From a virus, in the IMG/VR virus record IMGVR_UViG_3300030419_001484, positions 9,795 through 73,794 of that record: 64,000 bases of DNA, one strand, 5' to 3'. The notes beneath the pieces are model-generated. The model saw nothing but the letters and a program-made list of their open reading frames with translations, was not told the origin of the DNA and ran no database searches. Shown here in pieces: positions 36,089-44,762 of this stretch. Each line of letters opens with the position of its first letter. Position 1 is the stretch's first letter. The translations under genes and the position numbers were made by a program.

Positions 36089-36739
36089 TTGAGAGTAGAT
36101 TTAGTAGATAAAATGGGTAGTGACCTTACAGTAGTCAATGCAGCCCGAGTGTCCTTTGCAAAAAAGTCTAATTGGGATGACATACCATTTGCAGAGGGAA
36201 ACGTACTCAAGGACTCAGATACACGACTTATAAAGTATCTTGCAAAACATAATCACTGGAGTCCATTCGCACACGCATCATTACAGTTACACATTAAGGC
36301 ACCCATATTCGTTGCACGACAGTTAGTCAAACACCAAGTCGGTCTGGTGTGGAACGAGATATCTAGAAGATATGTAGACACAGAGCCAGAGTTTTATATT
36401 CCAAAGGTCTGGAGAAAAAGACCAGCGGAGAATATCAAACAAGGGTCGGATGAGTCCGAAACTATCAAGTATGGTATTGATGGTACAATGATGTTTGTAA
36501 AAGAAACGTATCAAAATCTACTGAAAGAAGGAATTGCACCAGAGATGGCGAGGATGGTTCTACCACAGAACCTATATACAGAGTGGTATTGGAGTGGAAC
36601 ACTCTATGCATTTTCAAGAGTGTGTAATCTAAGATGTGCAGAAGACACACAATCGGAAACAAGAGTGATTGCAGACGGAATACAAAAGATATGTGCGAAA
36701 GAGTTTCCGATAAGTTGGAAGGAGTTATATCATGGGTAG
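36089..36739 (+). CDS. thyX: FAD-dependent thymidylate synthase
   Basis: VVNAARVSF, HWSPF, RQLVKHQ...NEISRRY, ARMVLP. Confidence 0.93.
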   Translation: MRVDLVDKMGSDLTVVNAARVSFAKKSNWDDIPFAEGNVLKDSDTRLIKYLAKHNHWSPFAHASLQLHIKAPIFVARQLVKHQVGLVWNEISRRYVDTEPEFYIPKVWRKRPAENIKQGSDESETIKYGIDGTMMFVKETYQNLLKEGIAPEMARMVLPQNLYTEWYWSGTLYAFSRVCNLRCAEDTQSETRVIADGIQKICAKEFPISWKELYHG

Positions 36740-36950
36740 AAAATTAATACACGAACATTGGGGTGATAGTGATAATAATCGAAGTGCAAAGATATATCAT
36801 GTAGAAGATATCATGGATTTCTTTGAGGTTGATTTTTATGAAGATGAACAACTCAAAGAAAGTCGTCAGATGATAACAAACGGAGTTGCACATAGTGAGA
36901 GATACGCTGAAGATGCGGCTGAGAATTGGTGTTTGGGATATATACCTTGA
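36732..36950 (+). CDS. Hypothetical protein
   Basis: AAGGAG RBS; HSERYAEDAAENW. Confidence 0.65.
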   Translation: MGRKLIHEHWGDSDNNRSAKIYHVEDIMDFFEVDFYEDEQLKESRQMITNGVAHSERYAEDAAENWCLGYIP

Positions 36951-37264
36951 TGGATTTGTTTCGACATTTGAGGATACATACGCAGAAGAAACCAGAAGAA
37001 GGCCCAGAGGAGATGGACTTTCCAGAGATGTATCTAATGGGTCTGGGTGCAACAACAGAACTACCAGATAATTTTGAAAGGAAGAAAACTATGAATTGTT
37101 ATCACTGTGAAACAGAGCTTACATGGGGTGGTGACCATGACATAGAAGAAGAATTTGATCATGTGGATGCACACAAGATGGTGACTAATCTCACTTGTCC
37201 GAATTGTGCGACATTTCATTTGGTCTACACACCAAAGTCATTTTTTGAAGAAGGAGAAACATAA
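36950..37264 (+). CDS. Hypothetical protein with C-terminal Zn ribbon
   Basis: CYHC...WGGDHD...CPNC. Confidence 0.55.
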   Translation: MDLFRHLRIHTQKKPEEGPEEMDFPEMYLMGLGATTELPDNFERKKTMNCYHCETELTWGGDHDIEEEFDHVDAHKMVTNLTCPNCATFHLVYTPKSFFEEGET

Positions 37265-37476
37265 TGAACGGATTACACTTTTTATTTATAGGAATTGCAC
37301 TACTGATGATGATGTCAGTAACAGGTTGTAATACACCATACATCACGAAAGATGGTGAGAGATTACTATCAAACTCAGTGGTAGGTTGTGCAGTAGGTCA
37401 AGTATTCTTTGATGATTGTGGAGCAGGAGCTGCAGTGGCTGCTGGTGCAACAATCATTGATGATCAAACAAAATGA
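37264..37476 (+). CDS. Putative lipoprotein
   Basis: Lipobox-like VTGC; Gly/Ala-rich segment. Confidence 0.55.
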   Translation: MNGLHFLFIGIALLMMMSVTGCNTPYITKDGERLLSNSVVGCAVGQVFFDDCGAGAAVAAGATIIDDQTK

Positions 37477-38027
37477 GTTATGCAACTTGGGACTACTGGA
37501 CATACAGAGATTATATCCCACATTACATATGTGATGAGTTAATAAAAAACCACAATAATTTTGATCATGGAACTTTACGAGGTGGTACGATAGATGAAGA
37601 CATGAGAAGGAGTGGTGTATGTTGGATAAATTCATCATTCTGGATAAATTTATTTTTTGATATAATTCTAAGAGCAAATCAAGAATCTGAGTTGAATTAT
37701 AATATAGTTGGTATGGAGGATTTACAACTCACTAGATATGTCGCACCAGATGGACATTATGATTTTCACATTGATGGAGATGGACACACAAGAAAAAATG
37801 TTGATGACAATGTAAGAAAACTATCAATGAGTTGTTTACTTACAGACCCAAAAGAATTTGAGGGTGGAAAGTTTCAGTGTCAAAATGGTGGTGAACCATA
37901 TGATGTAGAACTCAACAAGGGTGATATTGTCGTATTCCCATCCTATACTTTACATAGAGTTTCCCCTGTAACAAAGGGAGAACGATATTCATTAGTCGCA
38001 TGGGCCAATGGAAAGGCATTTACATGA
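37473..38027 (+). CDS. 2OG-Fe(II) oxygenase (PKHD-type)
   Basis: YDFHID, RKLSMS, FEGG, FPSYTLHRV, RYSLVAW. Confidence 0.88.
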   Translation: MSYATWDYWTYRDYIPHYICDELIKNHNNFDHGTLRGGTIDEDMRRSGVCWINSSFWINLFFDIILRANQESELNYNIVGMEDLQLTRYVAPDGHYDFHIDGDGHTRKNVDDNVRKLSMSCLLTDPKEFEGGKFQCQNGGEPYDVELNKGDIVVFPSYTLHRVSPVTKGERYSLVAWANGKAFT

Positions 38028-38215
38028 AAACACTTGCGTGGGTATTGGTTATACTCAATCAATCACAGACAATTAGTGATGATGAGTTGATATATCCAAG
38101 TCTACAGAAGTGTGAAATGTACGAAAAACAAATCAATCGACCACTTCAAAAAATACAAACATATACATTTTCTGCGTACTGTAAACCCACAGTAATCGAC
38201 AGAGTAGAAGAATAG
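38024..38215 (+). CDS. Small exported two-Cys protein
   Basis: MKTLAWVLVIL...YPSLQKC...AYC. Confidence 0.55.
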   Translation: MKTLAWVLVILNQSQTISDDELIYPSLQKCEMYEKQINRPLQKIQTYTFSAYCKPTVIDRVEE

Positions 38216-38754
38216 TGAGAATAATCCACTTCAATGAGCCATGGCAGCATTTTGAGGTGTATGATTTTATATCATATAATGAACATAAAGAGATAAAAAA
38301 ACTATTTAAAACTTTCCCAGATCCACGTTCAACTAATGATAGAATAAGTCACAAGATAGAAAATGAAATGTTGAGAGAAAGATTTAAAGAATTACTTAGA
38401 TTATTAAACGTGGAGTGGAACGAGAATAAACACTCAATACACATGGAATTAGACAAAATATCACCTAAATTCAAGTTTCAAATACACACAGATATATGGA
38501 CAAAGGTGTTGTCTCTCATCATACATATATCAGAGACAGGACATGGAACAAGGTTATATTCACCACATAAGTCATTTGATGAGTGGCGAACACTGGTTAG
38601 AACAATGAACTGGACACCAAGAGGTGGTGGTGGGTTTTTAAGAACAGATGAAACTTATCATAGTTTTGACACAATAGAGGACAATATGATGAGACAGACG
38701 ATACTACTAACACTAAGACAAAATAAAAACTGGATGACAGGAGAAGACAATTGA
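38215..38754 (+). CDS. 2OG-Fe(II) oxygenase-like protein (HxD)
   Basis: IHTD...GTRLY...TYHS...R. Confidence 0.6.
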   Translation: MRIIHFNEPWQHFEVYDFISYNEHKEIKKLFKTFPDPRSTNDRISHKIENEMLRERFKELLRLLNVEWNENKHSIHMELDKISPKFKFQIHTDIWTKVLSLIIHISETGHGTRLYSPHKSFDEWRTLVRTMNWTPRGGGGFLRTDETYHSFDTIEDNMMRQTILLTLRQNKNWMTGEDN

Positions 38755-39314
38755 AAAAAACTACATTATTTGACATACCAATATGGACAAACAAGATAGA
38801 TAATTTCTATTCAGTGAGGAAACAATTAGAGGATGAATTTAATAAATTTCCAGACACGAAGAATGAAATCAATCAAAGTGAGTATCAAAAGTTTTATACA
38901 AACAGACAAAAAGATAGACCTGGCCTAACACAAAAATTCACAAATATAATATCAAAAGAGATACAAAATTTAGTTTCTGACATAAACAAAAACAGTGATA
39001 TAAAGATAAAAGATTTGACTGTCAAAGATGTTTGGTCAGTGACTTATCAGACAGGGGATTATCAGTCTATACACAATCATGGTTCAACAGGTTTGTCTGG
39101 TTTATTATTCTTGGATAGTCCTATAGACGGCCCAAATTTGACCATAGTACAACCTTATAATAATTGGATGACGGACACTACTCGTTCTTTTTGTGCAAAG
39201 TTTGAAGAGGGTGCGATGGTTGTATTTCCTAGTTTCTTATTACATTCAAGTGACCCAAACAGATCACACAGACAAAAAAGAGTTATCAGTTGGGATATGG
39301 AGATAGTTCTCTGA
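38751..39314 (+). CDS. 2OG-Fe(II) oxygenase-like protein (HxH)
   Basis: HNHG...SGLLFL...FPSFLLH...RVISW. Confidence 0.8.
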   Translation: MKKTTLFDIPIWTNKIDNFYSVRKQLEDEFNKFPDTKNEINQSEYQKFYTNRQKDRPGLTQKFTNIISKEIQNLVSDINKNSDIKIKDLTVKDVWSVTYQTGDYQSIHNHGSTGLSGLLFLDSPIDGPNLTIVQPYNNWMTDTTRSFCAKFEEGAMVVFPSFLLHSSDPNRSHRQKRVISWDMEIVL

Positions 39315-40072
39315 TGTTCTTCAGAAAGAAGAAAACTGACGATATAATTCTTGATTGTTATACCTATAATCCTTATGCGTATAACTTTGCAAAAATAAAC
39401 TATGGATATCATTACATTCCAGAGTGGTGGAAAAAGACACCAAAAATTCTAGAAAAAAGAATTGCGACAATCAAAAACTGTCCAGCATTTGTTGAGTATT
39501 ACACGAAAGGTATTGTCTTACCGATGTGGTGTGAACTTATAATACAGATTGAACCAAAGGGAAGTGAACAATTATTTACTTGGAAAAGTTCGCATAAAAA
39601 GTTCGGTATCAATCCCCATATACAAGAACAATTTAAAGGGTTTTCAAAAGAGGATGGACATAATCTAAAAATGGTGTCGCCTTGGTATATAAAGTGTAAA
39701 GAGGAGATTTCTTTTACATATACACAACCAACTTGGAATCAGAGAGATACAATATTCGACCTTATATTACAACCAGGCGTGTTAAGTTTCAAATCAAATA
39801 TGCAGACAAATCTAAATTACTTCTTTCAACAAAAAAACACACAACAGAACATACACATACAACCATTAACACCAATGGTGATTATGCATCCAATATCAGA
39901 GAGAAAAGTAAAACTCAGACATCACTTTTTGACAAGTAAAGAAGACGAAGATGGAGCTCTATCTGGAATTAACAACGGAATGTTATTTGATAATTATCCA
40001 GAAAATGTACATAAAAAGGCAAAGAAATTATTTGAAAAAATAGATGAAGTAGATGGAGGGATATACAAATAA
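39314..40072 (+). CDS. Hypothetical protein of marine-phage accessory islands
   Basis: PEWWK...TIKNCP...SPW...PG. Confidence 0.6.
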   Translation: MFFRKKKTDDIILDCYTYNPYAYNFAKINYGYHYIPEWWKKTPKILEKRIATIKNCPAFVEYYTKGIVLPMWCELIIQIEPKGSEQLFTWKSSHKKFGINPHIQEQFKGFSKEDGHNLKMVSPWYIKCKEEISFTYTQPTWNQRDTIFDLILQPGVLSFKSNMQTNLNYFFQQKNTQQNIHIQPLTPMVIMHPISERKVKLRHHFLTSKEDEDGALSGINNGMLFDNYPENVHKKAKKLFEKIDEVDGGIYK

Positions 40073-41253
40073 TGAAACTTGCTGTAATTGGAAAGGGAAC
40101 TGTTGGTTCTTTGGCAGTTTTACATTTTCTAACATATACTGATTGGGATATAGATTGGGTATCTGACCCAAACACTCCAACCACTGCTGTTGGTGAAGGA
40201 ACTACAATTCGTGTTCCGTCTGCTCTTGCAAACTCTATATTAGAATTTTCTCATGATGATTTGATTGCAATGAATGGAACTCCAAAGGTGGGTATTTGGA
40301 AAGAAAATTGGGGTGGTGGAAAAAAGTATTTACATCCATTTCCCATTGATTTAAGTGGATTACATTTCAATGCGATTGAGTTTCAGAACAAAGTATTTGA
40401 GATGTTACAAGGTAATCAAAGAATTACAATGGTCAACGAGAGAGTGACAGATCCACAATCATATTCTGCTGATTACGTCATGGTGTGTTCTGGTTCTCCT
40501 AAAGATCTAGATGAGTATAATATACTTGACTCCATTGTGGTGAACTCTGCATATGTTACTCAATGTTTCTGGGATACACCGACCTTTAATTATACACTCA
40601 CACTTGCAAGGCCATGGGGTTGGGTATTCGGTATTCCTCTTCAGAACAGATGTTCAATCGGTTACGTTTATAATTCTGATTTTGTGTCTCTGAATGAAAT
40701 TAAAGAGGATGTGAAGAACGTATTTCAACAGTATAACTTGACACCAAGTGATACCACAAATCATCTGGAATTTAAGAACTATGTACGAAAGAATAATTTT
40801 ACTTCAAAAGTGGTCTATAATGGTAACGCATCATTCTTTTTAGAACCACTCGAAGCGACATCAACAACTACCTCTGATGACGTTTCACGTTTCGCATATG
40901 ATATGTGGAATGGTAATATAAGTGTAGATGAAGCGAACAGAAAACACTTACACAATATTGAAGAAGTACTTGATATGATCGCTCTACATTATTGTAACAA
41001 TATCGTCTATCGAAATGATTTCTGGGATAATGCAATACGGATTTCCTGTAACAGAATCAAAAACTCTTTAGACACTAATCCTGATTTTCAAAACCTTATT
41101 CATAATTCCATACAAGGAACAGAGAATATGTTATCTGTATTCGGATTGAGTGATCCTGTACATTATGGTACATGGTCTTGGAAATCTTGGAATATCAATG
41201 TAAAAAATCTTCAAATAAAAAGAACACTCAAATATTTAATGGGAGAGAAATAA
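40072..41253 (+). CDS. Flavin-dependent halogenase-like (tryptophan halogenase family) protein
   Basis: GxGxxG, VGEGT, GWVFGIPL, FLEPLEATS. Confidence 0.8.
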   Translation: MKLAVIGKGTVGSLAVLHFLTYTDWDIDWVSDPNTPTTAVGEGTTIRVPSALANSILEFSHDDLIAMNGTPKVGIWKENWGGGKKYLHPFPIDLSGLHFNAIEFQNKVFEMLQGNQRITMVNERVTDPQSYSADYVMVCSGSPKDLDEYNILDSIVVNSAYVTQCFWDTPTFNYTLTLARPWGWVFGIPLQNRCSIGYVYNSDFVSLNEIKEDVKNVFQQYNLTPSDTTNHLEFKNYVRKNNFTSKVVYNGNASFFLEPLEATSTTTSDDVSRFAYDMWNGNISVDEANRKHLHNIEEVLDMIALHYCNNIVYRNDFWDNAIRISCNRIKNSLDTNPDFQNLIHNSIQGTENMLSVFGLSDPVHYGTWSWKSWNINVKNLQIKRTLKYLMGEK

Positions 41254-41493
41254 ATGGGATTATTCAGTTGGGGTGGAAAACCCATAAAAGTAGAAACATT
41301 AGAACAAACACACAGGAAACTAGAAAGAGATATACTTACGTTAGAGAAGATGAACAAGGTATCAAACGTACATGAACATGAGATTAAAGAGAAGAAAAAA
41401 CAGAAACTTGCAATCAAAGATGAACTGGAACGTATGAAAAAGAACTTCAATGGTAAGACCTATGTAAAAGACGGAATAGAGAGTGACTTCTAG
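41254..41493 (+). CDS. Small coiled-coil protein (DUF465-like)
   Basis: LEQTHRKLE...KKQKLAIKDEL. Confidence 0.55.
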   Translation: MGLFSWGGKPIKVETLEQTHRKLERDILTLEKMNKVSNVHEHEIKEKKKQKLAIKDELERMKKNFNGKTYVKDGIESDF

Positions 41494-41686
41494 ATACGAA
41501 CTATTTAAAGGACATTACAAGATACTGAGAGAACAACGCAGACGAGAATCGATTTTTCGGACATTAGTTTCTGTATATCCATCTGGTCTATATCATCCTG
41601 TTTATTCTATGTGGAACTGTATGATATGGGCATGGAGTAATAGTGGAACACACAATTTAGATGGTAAAGGAAAGATAAGAAAGTGA
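41483..41686 (+). CDS. Hypothetical protein
   Basis: ORF in operon. Confidence 0.45.
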   Translation: MTSRYELFKGHYKILREQRRRESIFRTLVSVYPSGLYHPVYSMWNCMIWAWSNSGTHNLDGKGKIRK

Positions 41687-41855
41687 ACCACTATTCAACA
41701 ACATCATATAGAGAGTATTTTCGTATGAAAACCCATGACGAGAGATGGGTAAAACGTATGATGGAGAAGTATAATTTATCAATACATTATCCACGATGTG
41801 TAGAGTACGTTCTTAGAAGAGAGGCTTATCTAGAGTGGTTACAAGGAGGATATCT

Positions 41856-42473
41856 ATGAACGTGTTACCTTTATTTTCATCACCTGTCACAATGGATATG
41901 TATGAGTTAGACAGAGATGAAATAGAACTCATTAAGAGAGAACCATTTCACTCACACACATATGACCTTGATGGTTTGTCTAGTGATAATCGTAATATAC
42001 TTACAAAAACACCAAACTTATTTCATGTTGTTCATTCACATATAAAGAAATCACTGTATGATAATTTAAAAATAGTGGATAATATAGGATATAAAGTAAC
42101 ATCTTCTTGGTTGAATAATCATCCACCAAGACATTCTGCACATGGACATTCTCATGTGAATAGTATGTTTACAGGAGTATTATATGTAGATTGTCCTCAA
42201 GACAGTGGAGAACTTATATTCGTGATGCCCTATACAACACCCACATGGAACACAGGAACAATACAACCAAACATAAAAGAACATAACATATTCAATAGTA
42301 GAGAGTGGAGATTACCAACACCAACAGGTATGTGTATATTATTTCCATCACATTTACGACATGGAGTGACTACAAATGAAAGTGACCATAATAGATATTC
42401 AATAGGATTTAATATCATGTTGGAGGGTCACATAGGTGTAAGTGATGAAACAATTAATATAAGATTACTATGA
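41856..42473 (+). CDS. 2OG-Fe(II) oxygenase-like protein (HxH)
   Basis: HSHVN...GVLY...FPSHLRHGV...RYSIGFN. Confidence 0.85.
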   Translation: MNVLPLFSSPVTMDMYELDRDEIELIKREPFHSHTYDLDGLSSDNRNILTKTPNLFHVVHSHIKKSLYDNLKIVDNIGYKVTSSWLNNHPPRHSAHGHSHVNSMFTGVLYVDCPQDSGELIFVMPYTTPTWNTGTIQPNIKEHNIFNSREWRLPTPTGMCILFPSHLRHGVTTNESDHNRYSIGFNIMLEGHIGVSDETINIRLL

Positions 42474-42661
42474 CATATCCAGAAACAATCATATATACAG
42501 ATAAAGAAAGAATATACTGTAATGGTGACTTTGGAAACGATCACCCAAGAGTATATTATTCAGTACCCACAGAAGGGTTTGTAGTTTGTGGTTATTGTGA
42601 TACAAAGTATACTAGAGATGATAACTTTAAAGACTATACTAATACTTACGACTCTGAGTAA
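42470..42661 (+). CDS. zf-CHCC zinc-finger protein
   Basis: CNG...HPRVY...CGYC. Confidence 0.8.
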   Translation: MTYPETIIYTDKERIYCNGDFGNDHPRVYYSVPTEGFVVCGYCDTKYTRDDNFKDYTNTYDSE

Positions 42662-42949
42662 TCTATTCATAGTAGATGACGACCTAGTGAGAACAAGACC
42701 GATAGGGGGATATCGGAAAGAATATGGTACTTGATGGGAATGTATGGTATTTTCGGACACTATTTAAAAAGGTATAAAAAAACATAGAGTTGTTGTGTTC
42801 TTACTTTGTAGTCTATCGTCAGAATTACCCCACAGTCCCCCAGATTTTACCACAGACAGACAGTAGAAACGAATCAGTTGACAGGTATCAAGTGATAGTA
42901 TAGAGTATCAAGTCCTGTAAGTCTTTGATTCTAAAGGGAAATAAAACAC

Positions 42950-42978
42950 TTGACAACCACACGAATCTCTGATACATT
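42950..42978 (+). promoter_or_regulatory. Sigma70-type promoter with GAATC in spacer
   Basis: TTGACA-N17-TACATT, CGAATCT at 42962. Confidence 0.7.
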
Positions 42979-42982
42979 ATAA

Positions 42983-43183
42983 GTGTAGTTAGTAAAAAGG
43001 TTAAAGACAGACATTAGGCATGTGTTGATACTAACTTGTTGGTCACTCATTAACTGTCGTAAAAGCCCTCCTTTTTACTTTCTACACAATGGGTGTCCGA
43101 TCATGAGGACTCAAACAAACACATAACAAAAACTTAACCCAGACTGATGAGCGGTGGCATAACAAGTAGGTCTGGGTTTTTTT
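42983..43183 (+). ncRNA. Candidate ~200-nt small RNA
   Basis: Own promoter, 16-bp closing stem 42983-43000/43070-43087, terminator 43136-43183, no ORF. Confidence 0.55.
43136..43183 (+). terminator. Intrinsic terminator
   Basis: AACCCAGAC...GTCTGGGTT plus T tract. Confidence 0.65.
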
Positions 43184-43196
43184 GTGTCGAAAAGAC

Positions 43197-43225
43197 TTGA
43201 CAAGTATTACAGATTCGTGTATACT
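43197..43225 (+). promoter_or_regulatory. Sigma70-type promoter with GATTCG in spacer
   Basis: TTGACA-N8-AGATTCG-N2-TATACT. Confidence 0.75.
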
Positions 43226-43586
43226 TATAGTGTAGTTAATAGAGAGGTGATTCGATATGGTGTAAAAGGAAACGGAGATAGACACCCTCAACCTTTGGGA
43301 AGTTTATCGTTTGGAGAGATTATGGAGTTCGGAGTTCCAGCCTAGGATCGTTAGTGTAAAAGGTTACAACCCCAGATGAGGTGGGTCATTCGATAAAGGA
43401 GTGATTCATAAGAGTAGTCTGGGGTTGACTTGTATCTGGGGTAGGTGATTCGTTTCGGCCTTATACCCCCCTTAAATCTGTGATTCGTTTTGTAATCTAT
43501 AAATGTAATAAGTATCCAGAGAGATTTTTCAGAGTACCCCCCCCCAAAACTGAGCGGCTTTTATTTTCACTTCCCTAGATAAATAC

Positions 43587-43615
43587 TTGACACATATACC
43601 GAATCATGTTATAGT
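43587..43615 (+). promoter_or_regulatory. Sigma70-type promoter with CGAATCA box
   Basis: TTGACA-N7-CGAATCA-N3-TATAGT. Confidence 0.8.
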
Positions 43616-43757
43616 AAGAATATGAGATTAATGACTGACGATTATATTATGAATATAACAAGTGTTCCTATATGGAGTGAGTGGACTCCGTAAGGGGCCG
43701 CAGTAGACTTGAAGTTTCTTTCATTGTTTCATATGAATAAATTATTAGGAGTATATT

Positions 43758-43976
43758 ATGAATAAAGATAAAAGTATAATTAAGAATGTTAGGTTGGCTC
43801 TAAAAATTCTTGGTAAACCTAGTCTATCTAGTACAATAGGAAAAGTGATAAGAAAACTAGACCCTACTGATGATGGATATAGATTTAGATGGATACTATC
43901 ACAATCTGGTCACTTTGATTATGATAGACAACTATCCACACCTAAAAAGTATTATTGGATTGACCCTAATGTATAA
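43758..43976 (+). CDS. Hypothetical protein
   Basis: AGGAG RBS. Confidence 0.6.
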   Translation: MNKDKSIIKNVRLALKILGKPSLSSTIGKVIRKLDPTDDGYRFRWILSQSGHFDYDRQLSTPKKYYWIDPNV

Positions 43977-44181
43977 TCGTAGTGAACAACGTGAGAGGAA
44001 ACTTGCGATAAGACCACTCATAGAATTAGAAGATGAACTGTGGCAACTCAACCAATTGTCAAAGTTAAACAAAGATACACGCAATCGTAAAGCTCGTCTG
44101 GAGCGAGTAGTCGCAGTTAAGAGATTTGCATTACAGAAAGTACAAGAGAAGATTGCAAAAGAAGTTGAGAAAAGTAAATGA
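43969..44181 (+). CDS. Hypothetical basic coiled-coil protein
   Basis: ATG 43969 overlapping upstream gene. Confidence 0.55.
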   Translation: MYNRSEQRERKLAIRPLIELEDELWQLNQLSKLNKDTRNRKARLERVVAVKRFALQKVQEKIAKEVEKSK

Positions 44182-44414
44182 AAAAAAATATTGAAGAAAT
44201 GCATAAACAGTTCTTCATACTTGTAAGAATGTTAACAAAGGATGGACACGACCCACTTGCAATAGCTGGGTGTATGTTAGCAGGTGCAGTACAAATATAT
44301 CAAAAAGAGTTGGGTATGGAAACGACACAGGATTTGTTAGATCAGATTGCAAATGGTGGTGATGATGATTTAGATAGTTTAGAGGATATGAAAGATCCAG
44401 ATACCTATCATTGA
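44178..44414 (+). CDS. Hypothetical protein
   Basis: ATGA overlap. Confidence 0.6.
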   Translation: MKKNIEEMHKQFFILVRMLTKDGHDPLAIAGCMLAGAVQIYQKELGMETTQDLLDQIANGGDDDLDSLEDMKDPDTYH

Positions 44415-44429
44415 CATGGAGATTATATT

Positions 44430-44762
44430 ATGGGTTTGATGCCAATATATTATACGACTACCAAACTGAGTGGTAGAAGAAAGGTTTCTGTTCGTGAGAG
44501 AAGGTTGAGAGAGAATCATGAGAAATGGTTAAAGACTATGGGTATAGATAAGCCTTGGAAACCAAAGAAAGAGGTGTTAAAATTAGCGAGCGAAAAAAAG
44601 GAGAGATATTCGAGTGTAGGGAATGGTATCGGTAATGGTTTCGTTAAGACTTCTTCTGTGTTAAGTGGTGAGTATATCATAGGTCAAGCATACAACAAAG
44701 GTAATCTAGTTGTGTTAAGTAAAGAGGACGCAAAGGACGAGAGTACTGGAAAGAGAAGATGA
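44430..44762 (+). CDS. Hypothetical basic protein
   Basis: GGAG RBS; GQAYNKGNLVV. Confidence 0.65.
   Translation: MGLMPIYYTTTKLSGRRKVSVRERRLRENHEKWLKTMGIDKPWKPKKEVLKLASEKKERYSSVGNGIGNGFVKTSSVLSGEYIIGQAYNKGNLVVLSKEDAKDESTGKRR

Larger units (their letters stand above)
42662..43757. other. Non-coding, promoter- and GANTC-dense region; candidate replication origin / sRNA locus
   Basis: No credible long ORF; four TTGACA promoters; about 11 GANTC; poly-C tracts; hairpins. Confidence 0.5.

Noticed and set aside
43144-43195. CTGATGAG resembling a hammerhead ribozyme core
   Set aside because: No stem II followed by GAAA and stem III in the right geometry; better explained as part of a terminator hairpin.
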